Shown piece by piece: positions 1 through 14,600 of a DNA stretch of 64,000 nucleotides (its first letter is position 1; each line of letters opens with the position of its first letter). Below the pieces are notes generated by a model that saw only the letters and a list, made by a program, of their open reading frames with translations, did no database searches and was not told the DNA's origin. A program made the position numbers and the translations under genes. The stretch spans positions 6,673,888 through 6,737,887 of the forward strand of contig NC_092676.1 in NCBI RefSeq assembly GCF_964355755.1, given 5' to 3'. The DNA is from Antedon mediterranea. Lineage: Eukaryota; Animalia; Echinodermata.

Positions 1-1671
1 GCAAGAACAAATTGACTTAGGTGTTTGGAGACTAGGCCGACCAAAGTCAATCTTGATAGAATAAAAACTTTACAACCTACACCTATAATACATAAAGTCA
101 TAAGTCGAAAGTCATAAGCCGTCAGACATGAATGAATTGAATGAATGAATAACGATTGAAATTTACTCATTTGGTTTTTGTATTCAATTTTTTTTTTCAT
201 TAGAAAGTTAAGGTCAATAAAGAGCACATAAACGATTTACAAACAGCAATTCAATTTTACAAATTATAACAATACATTTACATTTTGTTTACTTTTTTCT
301 CCTAGATTTACATTTTAGGTTAATTGTTATCGACGATAATACGTACCTTGTAAAAAACTGAAGATATTGTGATTTGCAAGTGGTTAGCAGGCCTAGTAAA
401 ATCATCTAATTGTTGGAAATGTAGAAAATGTAAAAACAACGCACACACATATTCTGATGCACGCGTTCAGGTGATGGTAATGCTGAAGTGACATTTAGGA
501 AGATAAACATAGATGATTCTCTAAACTAAAAATTGGCAGCGTAATGGTTTTTTATTTTTTAAATATAGGATATGCATAGTGTAAAACGGTTTTAAAAAGC
601 TCTTATGATACGTTCGATGTATTACTTCGACAAAATATTAACACTTTTTTGTTTATCTTTTCAATCATAGTCAAAATAAGTACAAGGGTATGCCAACGTT
701 CCATCTTTTCTGCCGACAGAACACGGACCGCCAACAACGTTGCAAAATAAACACTATTGGAACGGTTAGTGACGTATCAGGACGATTTAGCCAGCCAACC
801 CAGATCAGAGACCTCAGTTTTAATTTGATTAAACCCGCTGATTGGCTGTGACATAGATGACCTTAGCATTATAATACACTATTTCAATTAAATCACCAGG
901 CACCACAATTATTATAAATAAAATCACATCAAAAAGATTCACAAAAAAAAAACTGGTGCTTTGTCATATACTGTATTTAAAACTAAATTATGGCACATGG
1001 TTAATAAATACATGGTCAAATGCGTAATTTAGTATTGTAACGTAATTTTAAATTTTCGGAGGTTTTCTGAAGAAGAAGATAATTCAAATAAAAATTACAT
1101 TTTATTAATAATATGAACTACTTAAAACCTTTCCTAAGAAAGTGAACTTTCCGTAGTCCGATTTTAATCAAAATAGTTGTATTTATTTATTTTTTATTTT
1201 TATTTATTAAAACATATTTAGGCAGAATAATTCAGAAAAGAAAAGTTCACAAAAAGATCACAAATTTCTGTATGGCAATATCTTGTTCTCAATCACTCGA
1301 TGCAGATGCATCAATAGAGTAATATTATATTGCGCATACGATTTCTAAATGTTGTTGATCTTGATTAGTGGCAACATACATGGTGTTCAAAGAGCATGTT
1401 TGGCAACCGTGCTTTTGCATAGGATAGCTCGGTGGAAACTCGTTTGATGTCACCGTCGATATAATATCATCCTACTTATTTTGTCCATGATTCAATCATC
1501 ATTTAGTTTCATATTATAAATAAGTTATAAATATTAAACTATATAACTATTATATCAATACGTTGTCTCTTGATTGTTTACAATTTTTTAACGGTCTCTT
1601 CAATACTTAATATCATAAAAGTACATATTTATGATTGTTTTATGATTAGCTGCTGTTCTAAAAATGTTAAT

Positions 1672-2125
1672 AGGGACTTTACAAAACAGGACGGGAAGCC
1701 ACAGGACGGTGCTCATTAATAATGAATGAGCTTCAACAAAGTGGGCGGAGCTTAGCGTGAAATTCCGTCGTAACTTTTTGAAGACGATAAAGTTCGAATT
1801 TTACCGTTTACGGATAACGACTCACTAGAAATAATGGCATATAACCTTAAAAAGACAGTTCAAATTAAACTTAAAAGTGGCATTTTCGAAACTCTAAATA
1901 ACATTTGAACTTCTAATTTAATTGTTTAACGAAATAACATTTTAATTGGATTAAAATGGCTGTGTTAAAAGCAATACATTTTGCGCGGCGTTTGAATGCG
2001 AGGCCTCTAGCTAGGAAGGCCTATGCTGTATCACCAGAGCCAAGCGATTCAGAAGGGCCCCGCGCCGCGTGACAGGGGAGGGAGAGAGATATACTGGCGG
2101 TCGTCGTCTACGCTCAAGAGTGCCT
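1672..2125 (+). mobile_element. Truncated, internally deleted copy of the PHIS-like MITE at 36588-37978
   Basis: Starts AAT|AGGGACTTTACAAAACAGGACGGGAAGCCACAGGACGG like 36588. The internal block at 1890-2120 matches 37634-37870. Confidence 0.7.
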
Positions 2126-2266
2126 ATTATTTGTACGTGCACGGTAACATTTGGCAACATGTTTGGTAGGCCTACAAAAAGTCTTTAAGAAAAAAAATTC
2201 ACAATTTGGATAGAATAGCGACAATATTACTGTAATATCGTGGCTATTCCATACATGCCAACATTA

Positions 2267-2360
2267 AACAAGGCCATATACAGTACATGGCTGCAGTCGC
2301 CTGCTCAAGTTAGTGTTTCAACCGACCAATCGACCGACCAACCCACACAGTGAGCTGTAT
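2267..2360 (+). repeat. Dispersed DINE-1/Helentron-like short repeat with (CCGA)n; other copies ~26927-27010, ~50322-50400, ~57065-57178
   Basis: AACAAGGCCATATA..ATGGCTGCAGTCGC.TGCT..AGTGTTT.(CCGA)n..AGTGAGCTG seen four times. Confidence 0.65.
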
Positions 2361-3210
2361 AAAAACAGAAGATTGTGTTTGTTAAGGTCAATAGCGCCCT
2401 CTATCTATTATCGAGAAGTAAGGAGTGCAGTATGTTATAAATAAATGTGTAGTTTCTGAACAATTTGAGCCCTAATTTGTATATCTCCGATTAGTGGTTG
2501 CTGAGATATGAGAATTCAAGGTCAAAGGTCAATAATGTTAGAAATAGCACTTCCATTCATTTTTGGACAAACTTTTTCAATAAAGTGAATATAAAAACAT
2601 ATATCCTAACGATTTTGACACCATAATTAAGTAAGTATCTGTGACTAGCGGTTTCCAAGATACAGAGTACGTTATTAAAAATGGCGGCCATTTTTAATTA
2701 TGCAAATTAGGCTACTTCCCGTTGTCAAAAAATGTCCTAACGTTGATAAATGTGTTCATTAGGGTCTAAAGAACACATTTCATCAAAAAAACCTTTTCTT
2801 GCAATTTGTGTGAGAAAAGGGTCATTTTTTAGCTAAATCCCATGGACTATCACATCGCGTGGTGGTGGCTATGTAAGGGGAAAAATGACGGCAGAATGAT
2901 GGTCATACATGCCTTAAATATTGTAAATGTGCTTGTGTGCAAGCCATTTTGTTATATTTTAATACAGAAAAACCACACATATAAATCAAAATTCAGTTAT
3001 CTTCGTAATACGGGAGAAAATGTTGAAAAACGGGAGCACAATATTTGGCTCCCGGGAGACGAACCCAAACGAGAGTGTTGGCATATATGCTATTATTTTA
3101 TAATAACAGTAGATTTATTATACTCGTTCGGTAGTGCTTGTTGCCATGTGTTAATATTTCATATATTATGTTGACATATTGTACCCTGGGCTATAATATG
3201 TTTTAACCAA

Positions 3211-5270
3211 TTATGTAAACAAATAAAAAGGTCGAAAAAATGTGGGTTTTGAAATGGATGGGCAAAAGGAATGCGAAATCATGACTTCTAGAAAATCACT
3301 TACAAGATCTTTTGATGCGTGCTTAAGTAAATTAATGTTAAAATCAAACATTATTTGGCATGATTTTCCCTCGGTATCAATAATAGTATTGAGAATATCG
3401 TCTAAAAATGTTTGTTGTTTGTTTGTTTGTTTTTTCAATAAAATAATCAATTATTTCCAAAAAAATACATTCACAAGATTCAATACATAGATCCTTTCTC
3501 TCTTTTATATCTATTTTAGAAGAAATAAACATACCAACTCCTCTTCCTTTACGATTCTCCCTATCTAATACGAGGAAGTCATAGTTCATATTGTTTAACC
3601 ATGTTTCCGATATAGGCCTACCTATTATTGTAAAGTAGTGGTTGGTTAAGTTTTGGTGTGTAGTTAGTTCATCAATGTATTTATTGATAATATGTTTTAG
3701 TTTCTTTAATAGATTCGTTAAAATCATATAGACTCATATTATAAGAACATGTCTTAATAGCATTTAGCTTATTATTTCTGAGACTATATTCAATGAATTC
3801 GTCATGTTCCTTATTACCGTTTCCAATATATTGGAATAAACAGTATATATAAGATGTTTCGTTTTCATCATCGTTAGCTGTATGCTATCCATGCTTTTAT
3901 TTTGTATGTTGTTGTTATATTAGTCTATACGAAATTTTTATTTTATAAATGAATATATTATAATTATTTCCTTATTTCTACTACTTAATTTCAGTTACAA
4001 GAAGGTTCTGAAACGTGGTCTACCTCTCCCTGTATTAGGTTTTCTGCGAGACATACCTATAATTTTTTCATCTTTGTATCCGACGTTACTGGCCAATAGG
4101 GTGGTACCTCCATCTGATAGATGGTATCCATCAGATGCTAGAAATGTATTGACCAGCTCGCCGTTTCGTAAGAAGTTGCTATTGTCGTAGAGTGTTAGGT
4201 TTGGTAGTTGGTCAGTACGTACATTGTGCTTAATACACGAGTTGGCTATTTCAACTCTGCAATTTAGTGGGCCTGCTCGTGGCAAGCCAAGTGAGATCAA
4301 ACATTTAGTGTCTGGTGGTTTTGTGACTGTGTTGTATAGCGTTTATGCGCACTTTCCGGAGCTGATTTACAAAGTTGGTTATTTGTGGATTGTTAGTTCG
4401 GTGTTGTTTCATCGAGTACGTTTCCAATATTGATCGTTAGTGTATGCGTGTATATCTACTCTTGGTAAAAGGCGACTTGTTTAAACTTGTTTAAGGTGAG
4501 AATTTCCTATTAGTAGTACAGATGGCTTGCTTTTGGAAGCTCGATGTGTGTACATAATTATTTGTTTTAATAAGAGTTTGAGCATACGACAATTTCTGAC
4601 TGACCTTTTTCTAGGTTAACAGTTTGGAAGGCTGATGCGTCGATGGCTACCTGGGTTCGTATTTCGTCCTACGCTATCTATCTTGCTTTGTTTGTTGTTT
4701 ATTGCTGTCTGCAATTTGCCCTGAAGAGTTTGTTTCCTTTTTGCAAGATTATTTCGTTGTTTCGCTTAACATATATGACAGCATTAGCTGCTAGTTTATT
4801 ATCTCTTTCTGTTTTATTGATTTTTCTCTCATTTGTTTTTCCCATTTATATCCAAATAGCATGTAGGCCGGTAGCGTCGGGTTGTCTGTTGTTTTCGGTG
4901 TCCTTTAGCTCCTATTTTAAGAGCTTTATTTCGGCCTTGGGAATATCGTCTATTGATCTATTAAAATGTTATATATTCGAATATGAAGGTCTGTATAATA
5001 ATATGACAATTGTATTTTCATTTTTTTTTCAATTTTTCCAATAAAAATACATTCACAAGATTCACTACATAGATCATTTCTCTCCTTTATATCTATTTTC
5101 AAAGAAACAAACATACCAACTCCTCTTCCTTTACGACTCTCCCTATCTAATACGAGGAAGTCATAGCTCGGTAAATATGATCTGAACGATGTTTCCGATA
5201 TAGGCCTACCTATATTATTGTAAAGGAGTGTTTGTTTGAGTTTAAGTGTAGTTAGTTCAACAATTGTTTA
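3211..5270 (-). mobile_element. Degenerate CR1/L2-group LINE remnant (esterase ORF1 plus endonuclease fragments), endonuclease segment duplicated
   Basis: Minus strand: KPSVLLIGNS (~4500-4530), ISLGLPR...DGYHLSDGG (3995-4300), ISETWL...DRENRKGRGVGMFI (3377-3727), FDFNINLL...ISKPT (3211-3450). The segment at ~3455-3670 recurs at ~5036-5260. Confidence 0.8.
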
Positions 5271-5602
5271 TGTGATTATTGATACTTCGAATATCACAGT
5301 GAAGGAAATAATAGCTATTATATAACACCTAAATAAATTCCTGTCATTTTATTGGACGATTGTTTAATAGTCCTTTTTTTCGTACACGAAACCAAAAAAA
5401 TGTTCGCGTTGTTTGGAAAATATTTTTGTTATATTATTGTTTTGAAAAACAGCGCTACCTATTTTGTACTTTGGTCGCAAATGTTATTGTTAGGACTGGT
5501 TTTGCGATGCCCAGAATATGCTATATTACTATATTAGGTAACGGACCTTATCATCATTCAGGTTGTGTTTTTTTATCTGACCACCACCGTCCACTAACGA
5601 AC

Positions 5603-8600
5603 ATGAAACTCTTTCTGTGCGTGTTACTTGTTGCCGCCGCTGTGGCAATGCCAAATATGGAATGGGAGAAGTTTAAAAAACAATTTGGTAAGAACTTACT
5701 TTTTTATTGGACAATTTATAATACAACTACAGTTAGTTTTATATATTGAAGATAAATCAATTAAAGATATCAACAATGTTCTGACAAGATTACGTAAGCC
5801 TTGGAGTTATACTTTATTATTATTCCACTTTAATTATTACCACCAATCCCATTGTCTGATTAATTTCATGCTTTTCTATTATTCTTCAGACAAAGCATAC
5901 ACGCCAAAAGAAGAAGTCTACCGCAGATCTGTATTTGAAGACCACCAGAAGTTCATTAAAAAACACAACGCTGAATACGCCAAAGGACTTCACAATTTTA
6001 CCGTTGGAATCAACAAGTTTGCTGATCTGGTAAATAATGAGCGTTATAGAAAGTATTTTTGTCGTAACGTGTCGAAGTTGCAACATTTAGGTGTGTCGAA
6101 GGCGTGCATGTATGGAATGCAAATTGATGCAGGTTTCAAATATTCAGTTTTTGACATATTATTACCCGATTTCAATTTTCTACATGATATAAGAAGGTCC
6201 ATAATAATATGAAGTTTTTAACGCATAATTCCAATTTACAATAGTATTCTTTTTACCCCTTTTTTTTAGAGAAATTCTGAATTTGTTTCGATTTACAATG
6301 GCTATCGAAGAGTAAACAGAACGCGCGGATCAACCTATATAAAACCCAGCAATTCTACAAATCCTCCAGAAGTAGATTGGCGCACAAAGGGAGCGGTCAC
6401 ACGAGTGAAGGATCAGGTAAGTTTTTAAACAATTTTATTAACGATTAGTTTCTGTTATTTGAATATTATATTCGGGCTCTTATTTATGCAAGCAGACAAT
6501 ATTGTATACGAACCGTTTCCGCTATCTTAGCAGATGACACAATACATAACTGGTTTTTTTTATTATCTTTTGTGGTTAAACACCACCTTTATTTATTCAA
6601 TGTTTCATAAACAACAATTACAGAATGTTCGTTATTTTCTTATTTTTTCCTCTTTAAACATGTATTGTCCCTTTGACTAAAAAAAAAAAAAATTTAATAT
6701 TTCGAAAAAAAGTGGGTCATTTTGAAGTATCATAATAGTTATTAATTTTCAATAAAAATTAGTCGAAAAGAAAATCATTTAACTGAAATACAGAATTTTT
6801 TTTTTTTGTTCCAGTCAAAGTTTTCGATCAAAACATATCTCATAATGCAACGCGCTTGTTTGGCTACTCTGTATGCATAATCATAAAACTTCCTTGCGAT
6901 CTGTGTGAAAACACCTTCTCAAACCGTGACGAGTTGTAAACAATCCTAATTAGCATCATGCGTAATACATACTCATGGTTTGAAATCTTTGTTTACTTTC
7001 GCTCGCGACGATTTTCCATAAAAATGTAATCAAATTAATTTACCGGTTAATTACGTAAACTTGTTGTTTTTGGCTCGAATTTTCGGCTTAAAATGAATAA
7101 CTTTAATACTTTGATATGGCCAATTTAAATCTAGAATATTTTGACTTTCATTTTTTTCGTGTTTCAATGGACAATACATCTTTAATATTAATAATAATTT
7201 TAATATTTTGGCCTATACGTAGTACAAAAAAAAAATATATGTTTACATTATTTTCTGCATATTTTTTGTTATGTTATCTATTACAAAACATATTGCATAT
7301 TTGATAAAAAAAAAAGTAATAATGTTAATAATGAAGTTACTAGAATTAATACTAATAAACCAGAGTGTCTAATAAGAGTATAAATATAATCAAGACTATA
7401 ATATTATGATACAAACTCTGAAAAAAACTGAAGATAAAAACACACATTTCAAAATATAAAAGTATAATTTTTCAGAGTTTGATTTGTATTATCATTTATT
7501 ATTCGTCAATGTTTAAGTAAAGGATAGCTCCGTGTTTACAACCTCTGTTGTATATTATTTGATTTTCGTCAGCGGTAAAGCAGAATTAGCTTTATGAAAT
7601 AAGCCTTCGATTTTTTTTTTAAAGTGGTGCTACCGGAATTTGTTTATAATGTTAAAATTGTACACAGGAAAATACTATGTTTATTAAAAATTAAATTTCT
7701 TGTAAACAATGTCTGTGGGTTAAAAATATGTTTGAAAACATGATAGTCAGGAGAAACATATGGTTTTACAAACAAAAAATCATATTGTTGATAGACATGA
7801 TTGTAAATAGATGAAGCAACCGAAAATAATGTTTAATTAAAAAGATGTTCACAGATGAAGAGGCAGAACAAATTCAATACTTAAAACAATAATAATTGTA
7901 TATTTATTTGTGTTATTATAATTATTATTATTATTATTATTGTAAAATATAAGTTTAGTAAAGGTAGGATAAGCTAAACAAATTATACCCGGAGCGTACA
8001 CTTTTAGTAAAACCAAAGAACTTATAACACAAGAATCTCCTGTTCTTCAATTTGCATTCAAAACACAGTATCGGAAATACAGGGTTAAAAGGTCAAACTG
8101 GGCGACGCCATTTTACAGCATGGAGCAGCGCCCCCTCCAAACTAGGAAGTCAATTACTCTACCCCCCTAGAGTATTAGCAGAACCCCTCTATAATTTTGA
8201 CTTTCTAATTTGATGCGGGCGCCCTACTCCTCAGTCAATTACTCTACCCCCTAGAGTATTAGCAGATTCCCTCTATGATTTTGACTTTCTAATTTGATGC
8301 GGGTGCCCTACTCCTCAGTCAATTACTCTACCCCTCTAGAGCATTAGCAGATCCCCTCTATGATTTTGACTTTCTAATTTGATGCGGGCGCCCTACTCCA
8401 TGGCTCACAATGGCGCCACCCATAGCTCTATTCTATCCCACAATGCCTTTCGAAATTGTTACGCGCTTCGGACGAACAGGAGATTCTTGTGTTATAAGTT
8501 CTTTAGTAAAACATATTTAGTGTAAATGAATGTTTCTATTCTGTTTCGATTTGTGTTTAGGGACTATGTGGATCAGGCTGGGCATTTTCTACGGTAAGTT

Positions 8601-11600
8601 TATATATGTTGCTGTATATTAATTTATTATATTTTGAGACCATTTTTCATTTCATTTCATTTCATTTCATTATTTATTTGGTCTATTTAAATATATACAA
8701 AACAAAAAAAACTGAAATTGGGGAGACCAGGGTCAACCTAAGTGAACTTAATCACTGTAGCTGAGCCGGTTGACCCAACCCCAAAGTCAGTTTACACATA
8801 AAAGACGTAAAGACAAAATACAGTTACAGCGAATCAAAATAAATATGAACTTTTCTAATGAAGGCTGATGGGCTTTCTAGGACTGCAGCATCTGTCAACG
8901 GTCTGGAAAGCTGGTCCAAGCTATAGAATGGAAAAAAGTCTTTACTATACCACACTATAACTATAATATATAAACATAATAATTATAGAATTAATTGTTA
9001 TTAAAATTATAAAGCCACACAACAATAAGTCTCAATAAATTGAACATTTATAGATAATGTGACTTTTTAAAGAATTATTTTCTCTGATGAATTATTTATA
9101 TGAATATTCATTATTAAGATAATTTAGAATTTAAACTATTTCAATTTATTTATTTTTAGGACATTATCTTCAAAGTAAACCAACCATAAATAACATATTA
9201 ATTCAGTAACTTACAGTAGTCATGAAAATAATTTCTTCTGACTCATGTGGTTGAATAAAATTTCAAACTTGATCCTAGCATTTTGCATTTTCTCCATATT
9301 CTATCAAAATATATACACAAAAAACAACAAATGGATACAATGGAATCAAATTTCATATAACTCTCCCTGCTAAATAAGCTCCAATCAGTACAAAAGGACC
9401 TAATAAATTCCGTTTAAATTGATTAATTTATTCAAACAAATTACAAAAGCCATAATAACACAAGATCATGTTTGTTACAAAATTAAATACGAACTAATCC
9501 TTTTTTATAGACTGGTACTGTGGAAGGTGCAGCGCAAATAAAAACAGGAAAACTTATAAGTCTCAGTGAACAACAACTTATCGACTGCAGCACGGATAAC
9601 TCTGGTTGTAATGGAGGAACACACATGCAATGGGCTATTGAATATTTGTTTGAATTCGGGGGTGCTGTAGCAGAAAGTGACTATCCATACACTGGACACG
9701 TATGACCTACTCCTAGTATTTTCAAGTAGTTATAAGCAAAACAGATTATTATAACCTGTAAATTCGCATCCTGTTTATATTGAACTGACTCATAGGCACA
9801 AACAAGCCCACTGCCCGTTTTAAACTTGACTCTTACAATGGCAAATCTCATATCTAATAGCCTGGTGTGTCCAGCTAATCGGACATTTGACAATGACGAT
9901 GAAGAATCAATTTTGAAGGAATTCAGGGATTTAGAGCTATCTATCTTAAGTATGCCTTCTTATTTAATAACACCCTCGGCTTCCACACCAATTAAGCGAT
10001 TTACTAATAATCCCAGAACATTTGATGCTGCTACGATTACTTCTTCAGTTGAGATTCGTGAAGTTTCTACACAATCAATTGCAACAAGAACAACCAATAT
10101 AGTTACCCAAACACCCGAGCACTGGGATCTGACACCCTCCTTAAAAAACAAAGTGAAAAGTAAGGATGACACAATAAAAGATCTACGGAAACAAATACAC
10201 GATCTGAAAACTGTTCACGCTAACTTTGCCCAACTTTCGACATCTTTTAAGGAACTAAGTGAGAGAAATGAACACCTTGAGGCACAAATTACTAGCCTAC
10301 GATCAGAGCTTGATGTAAAACACAACACATTTTATCAGCCTATTCATAACTGTTGCCAGGAAATAAGTCTGAATGGTAATGATCACGAGATCCAAACTAG
10401 TAACCATTTTGTTCGACTGCCAGATGAGCTCCCCACTTCACCTGAGCCGTTAATTCCTGAATCTGATCAAGCCATCCAAAACTCAACATACAACGTCCAA
10501 AACAATGATAATGCATCTCACACTGTGAATACAACAAATTTGATAATCGGAGATTCCATGTTGAAACTAATTAAAACAAGAGGTCTAAGTGATACATCAG
10601 TCAGGACAAAGCGAGGCTTTACTGTTAGTCAACTTTACAATGCTGTAACACATATGAATCTGGAAAATGTTACTAACATAATAATTCATGCTGGAACAAA
10701 TGATTGTAGTCGAGAAGATTTTAACATTAGCAAACTTCACAAAGACTTTCTTCAAATAACAACATATTTGCAACAAAGGATATCTGGAAAGGTGCTCGTC
10801 TCGGGAATCTGTCCTCGTCTTGACAATACAAATTTTAACAGACAAATTGCTGAAGCAAATGATATGCTCCAAACGGTTTTTGGCCATTTGTACATTGACC
10901 ATACCAACTATTTCACAGATGCACACGGTGTACATTCAAATTACTTTACAAGACATGGCCTACACCTCAACCAGAAAGGTACATCAGTCCTACTAAGAAG
11001 TATTAATAGAGCAGTGCAAGTAATACGTACACCAGCGAGACAACGAAACCCAGAAGGCAAACAACGATACTTATCTGTTTCATCCTTCAACCAGGAAGCT
11101 CTGAATCCCTGCTTCAACTGTGGTGAGAGTGGACATGTGCAGAGGATATGTCGTCATAGAGCACCGATTACATGCTGGAAATGTAACTCTGTTGGACATA
11201 AGGCTAAGTTTTGCCAAGCATTTTATGATTACTAGGAAATAGGCAATGAGGGTTTAGCCGTAAATTCTATGATTAATGACAATGAATTAGAACAAAATCC
11301 CCATGACGAGGTGGACACTCAACAAACTTATATAAATGATATTATACCACCTGGAGTTGCCTCAAATTTAACGTATACGATCAATTCAAATAAAAATGAA
11401 ACAATTAACTATCAACATAACTGTTCGCTAAATGAACATAATAATTTAACTGAAAATTGTAAAGTATTTTTAAATAATGGTCTAAGTATCCTAGGATTGA
11501 ATATAGTTTCTCTACCAAGCAAATTTGATGAATTTAAGTATCTAATCAACAACAATTCTATTGATATCATAGCACTCAATGAAACACGTTTAGATAATGT

Positions 11601-14600
11601 AATTAAAGATGAATCAATACACATTAATGGCTATGATATTTATAGAAATGACAGAAATAGGGAAGGGGGAGGGGTTGCAGTTTATGTAAATAGAGGAGGA
11701 TGTTTTACTTGTAAACTAAGAAATGATTTCATGAAAATGGAGCTTGAGATAGTAGTAATCGAACTTTGTAAACCAAAAACTAAACCAATCATTTTAATAG
11801 CATGGTACCGCCCACCAAACTCAAAAATTCAACTTTTAGATATTTTTGAACAAATTTTAGAAGAAAACGAATGTCTAAACAAAGAAATAATAATAATAGG
11901 AGATGTCAATTGTGACACACTTTCACAAAACCCTACTTGCTATACACAAAAATTAATGGATATAACTAATAACCATTTTCTAACACAAATTATAACTGAA
12001 CCGACAAGGATAACAAACCAAAGTAAAACTCTGATTGATCATTTTTATACATCCTTTCCAAACCGAATTTCTTCCTCGGGTGTACTTAACACAGGAATTA
12101 GTGATCATTCAGCTATTTACGCTGTCATTGGTAAAGAAGAAAAACCAAAACATAACCATAAATATAAAACAAAAAGGAACTATAATAACCTTGATGAGGA
12201 AAAACTACAAATTGATATGTTAAATGTAAATTGGCATGAAATAACTTCATATACAAATGTGAATGACGCTCTGCAGTTTTTTGAAGACAAGTTTTTACAA
12301 ATTGTTAATAAACATGTACCTTTAAAGAAAAAACGGGTTCGAAATAAAGATAGTCCATGGCTCACAAAAAATGTAATATTACAAATGCGAAAACGTGACT
12401 CAATGAAAAAAAGAGCGAGTAAAGAAAATTGTCCTCAATTATGGAACGAATACCGTGAATTAAAAAACAAAGTAAATTACGATATCAGGAGATCAAAAAA
12501 AAATTATTTCTCTGAACAATTAAATACAAAAGATTCCAAAATAATCTGGAAAAACATAAGATATATTGTACCATCTAAGAATAAAAAAAGTGTTATAAGT
12601 AGTATAAATACAATAAATGGCCTTGAAACAGATTCTTACAAGATAGCTAATACTTTAAATGAGTTTTTTGCAAACATAGGACCTAACCTAGCTAAACAAA
12701 TTCCTCAATTTGAAAATAACCATGTAAATTATGAATACCCAAATCAAGGTGAAGACAAAATCAATTTCACACTTGTTGACGAGGAATATGTATATAAACA
12801 AATTTTATCATTATCTGACAAAAAGGCTACAGGAACTGATGAAATTCCTGCTAAACTAATAAAATTAGCAATCAACTCAATTGTACAACCCATTACATTT
12901 TTAATTAATTTATCTCTAAGAACCAGCGACTTCCCAAGTAAATGGAAAAATGCACGAATATGCCCAATTTTTAAAAATGGCGACCGAAGTGAACCATCTA
13001 ACTACAGGCCAATTTCTGTACTACCAATTTTATCAAAAATTATTGAACGCGCTGTCTTTGACCAACTCTATCCACAAATCAACCCTAAATTATACAATCA
13101 ACAATCTGGATTTAGGCCAAATTACTCGACATCATCGGCATTAATAAATATAACTGAAGATTGGATTGACAGTATTGAAAATGGTAAATACATAGGACTA
13201 ATAATGCTTGATCTCAAAAAAGCTTTCGACACTGTTAATCACCAGATACTAATAAAAAAACTACACAATTTTAATTTTGCTAATCATGTTATCAAATGGT
13301 TTGAAAATTATTTAACAAATCGTACACATATTACTAATATTAACAATGTTGATTCGGTAAAGTCTAATAGTGTTTGTGGAATCCCTCAGGGATCAATATT
13401 AGGGCCCCTTCTATTTATCATGTATATTAATGATCTACCTAACTCAGTTTCTCATGTAAATGTAAGCATGTACGCAGATGACACTGCGTTATATTATGCA
13501 TCTAAAGACATACACGATATAATAAGCAAAGTAAATACTGATCTAAAACATGTACAACTATGGTTAGCAAGTAACAAATTAAGTCTAAACATTAAAAAGA
13601 CTGAATATATGATTTTAGGAACACATCAAAAATTAAATAAATTGATTAACATGGATATTAATATTAATATAGACGGTACAAAACTTGAAAAGGTAAATAA
13701 CTGTAAACATTTAGGTGTTATTATCGATGAAAATTTAAAATGGCATAAACAAATAGATCAGGTGAAAAATAAAGTAATATCAGGTCTGTACTATCTAAAA
13801 AAATGCAGCAATATTTTCCCTCAAAATATTCAATCATTAATGTACAAATCTATCATAGCCCACCATTTTGACTACTGCAATGTAGTATGGGGTCGTTGTA
13901 ACCAAACCCTCAAATATAAACTCCAAGTACTCCAAAATAGAGCGGCTAAAATAATTACACATACATCTAGGTATGACTCTAGCTCACAGGCGCTCAAAGA
14001 TTTAAATTGGCCTAATTTAGAAGAAAAACAATATTACAACGAAGCAGTCACAATGTATAAAATAATGAATAACTTGACACCATCCTACTTAAGAAACAGA
14101 TTCTATGAACGCAAACAAACATATAATACTAGATCAAAAGATATTCTAAGTTTACATAAGGCAAACACTGAGTATAAAAAGAAAAGTTTCTCGTATTCTG
14201 GCGCAAAGCTATGGAATAGTTTAAATGCTATAAACTCAAATGCAATTACAGCTCCTAATATACATATATTTAAAAAAATGATAAATGACCAAAGATAAAA
14301 TATACTTGAAACTCTATATTTTTTCATGAAATCTTTTTTTTTTTTCTTTTTTTTTTGTTGTTGTTGTTGTTTTTGTACTGTAATTGATAACTTGTGTAAT
14401 AGTATAAATAGTTTTGTAGTAAGTAACGGCCTTGTGAAAAACACCAATATGGTGATTCAAGTGTTGCATCCGTTTTTAAATAAAGTTGTTATTATTATTA
14501 TTATTATTATAGTAACGTAATGACGCCCGAACGGTCGGTTAAAATAATTTTTCGCTCTCTCCCCTCTAGAAACTGTAGGCAATGGTTCCCGTTATGATAA

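Larger units (their letters stand above)
9754..14511 (+). mobile_element. Apparently intact two-ORF non-LTR retrotransposon (CR1/L2 group) in intron 5 of copy 1
   Basis: Both ORFs uninterrupted. 3'UTR has AATAAA at 14479 and an (ATT)n tail. ATTATTATA at 9745-9753 matches the tail end at 14503-14511 (TSD or microhomology). Confidence 0.93.

Noticed and set aside
2842-3174. Short ORFs here and elsewhere (e.g. 4643-5044, 32584-33036, antisense ORFs within the LINE)
   Set aside because: No recognisable motifs or splice support; expected by chance in AT-rich DNA or shadows of real exons.
8149-8400. Three ~85-bp repeats as a CRISPR array or coding repeat
   Set aside because: Contiguous tandem units inside a TIR element, with no spacers.
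8645-8950. Minus-strand LINE 3' remnant with (GAAAT)n tail
   Set aside because: Only weak protein resemblance; too decayed to call.
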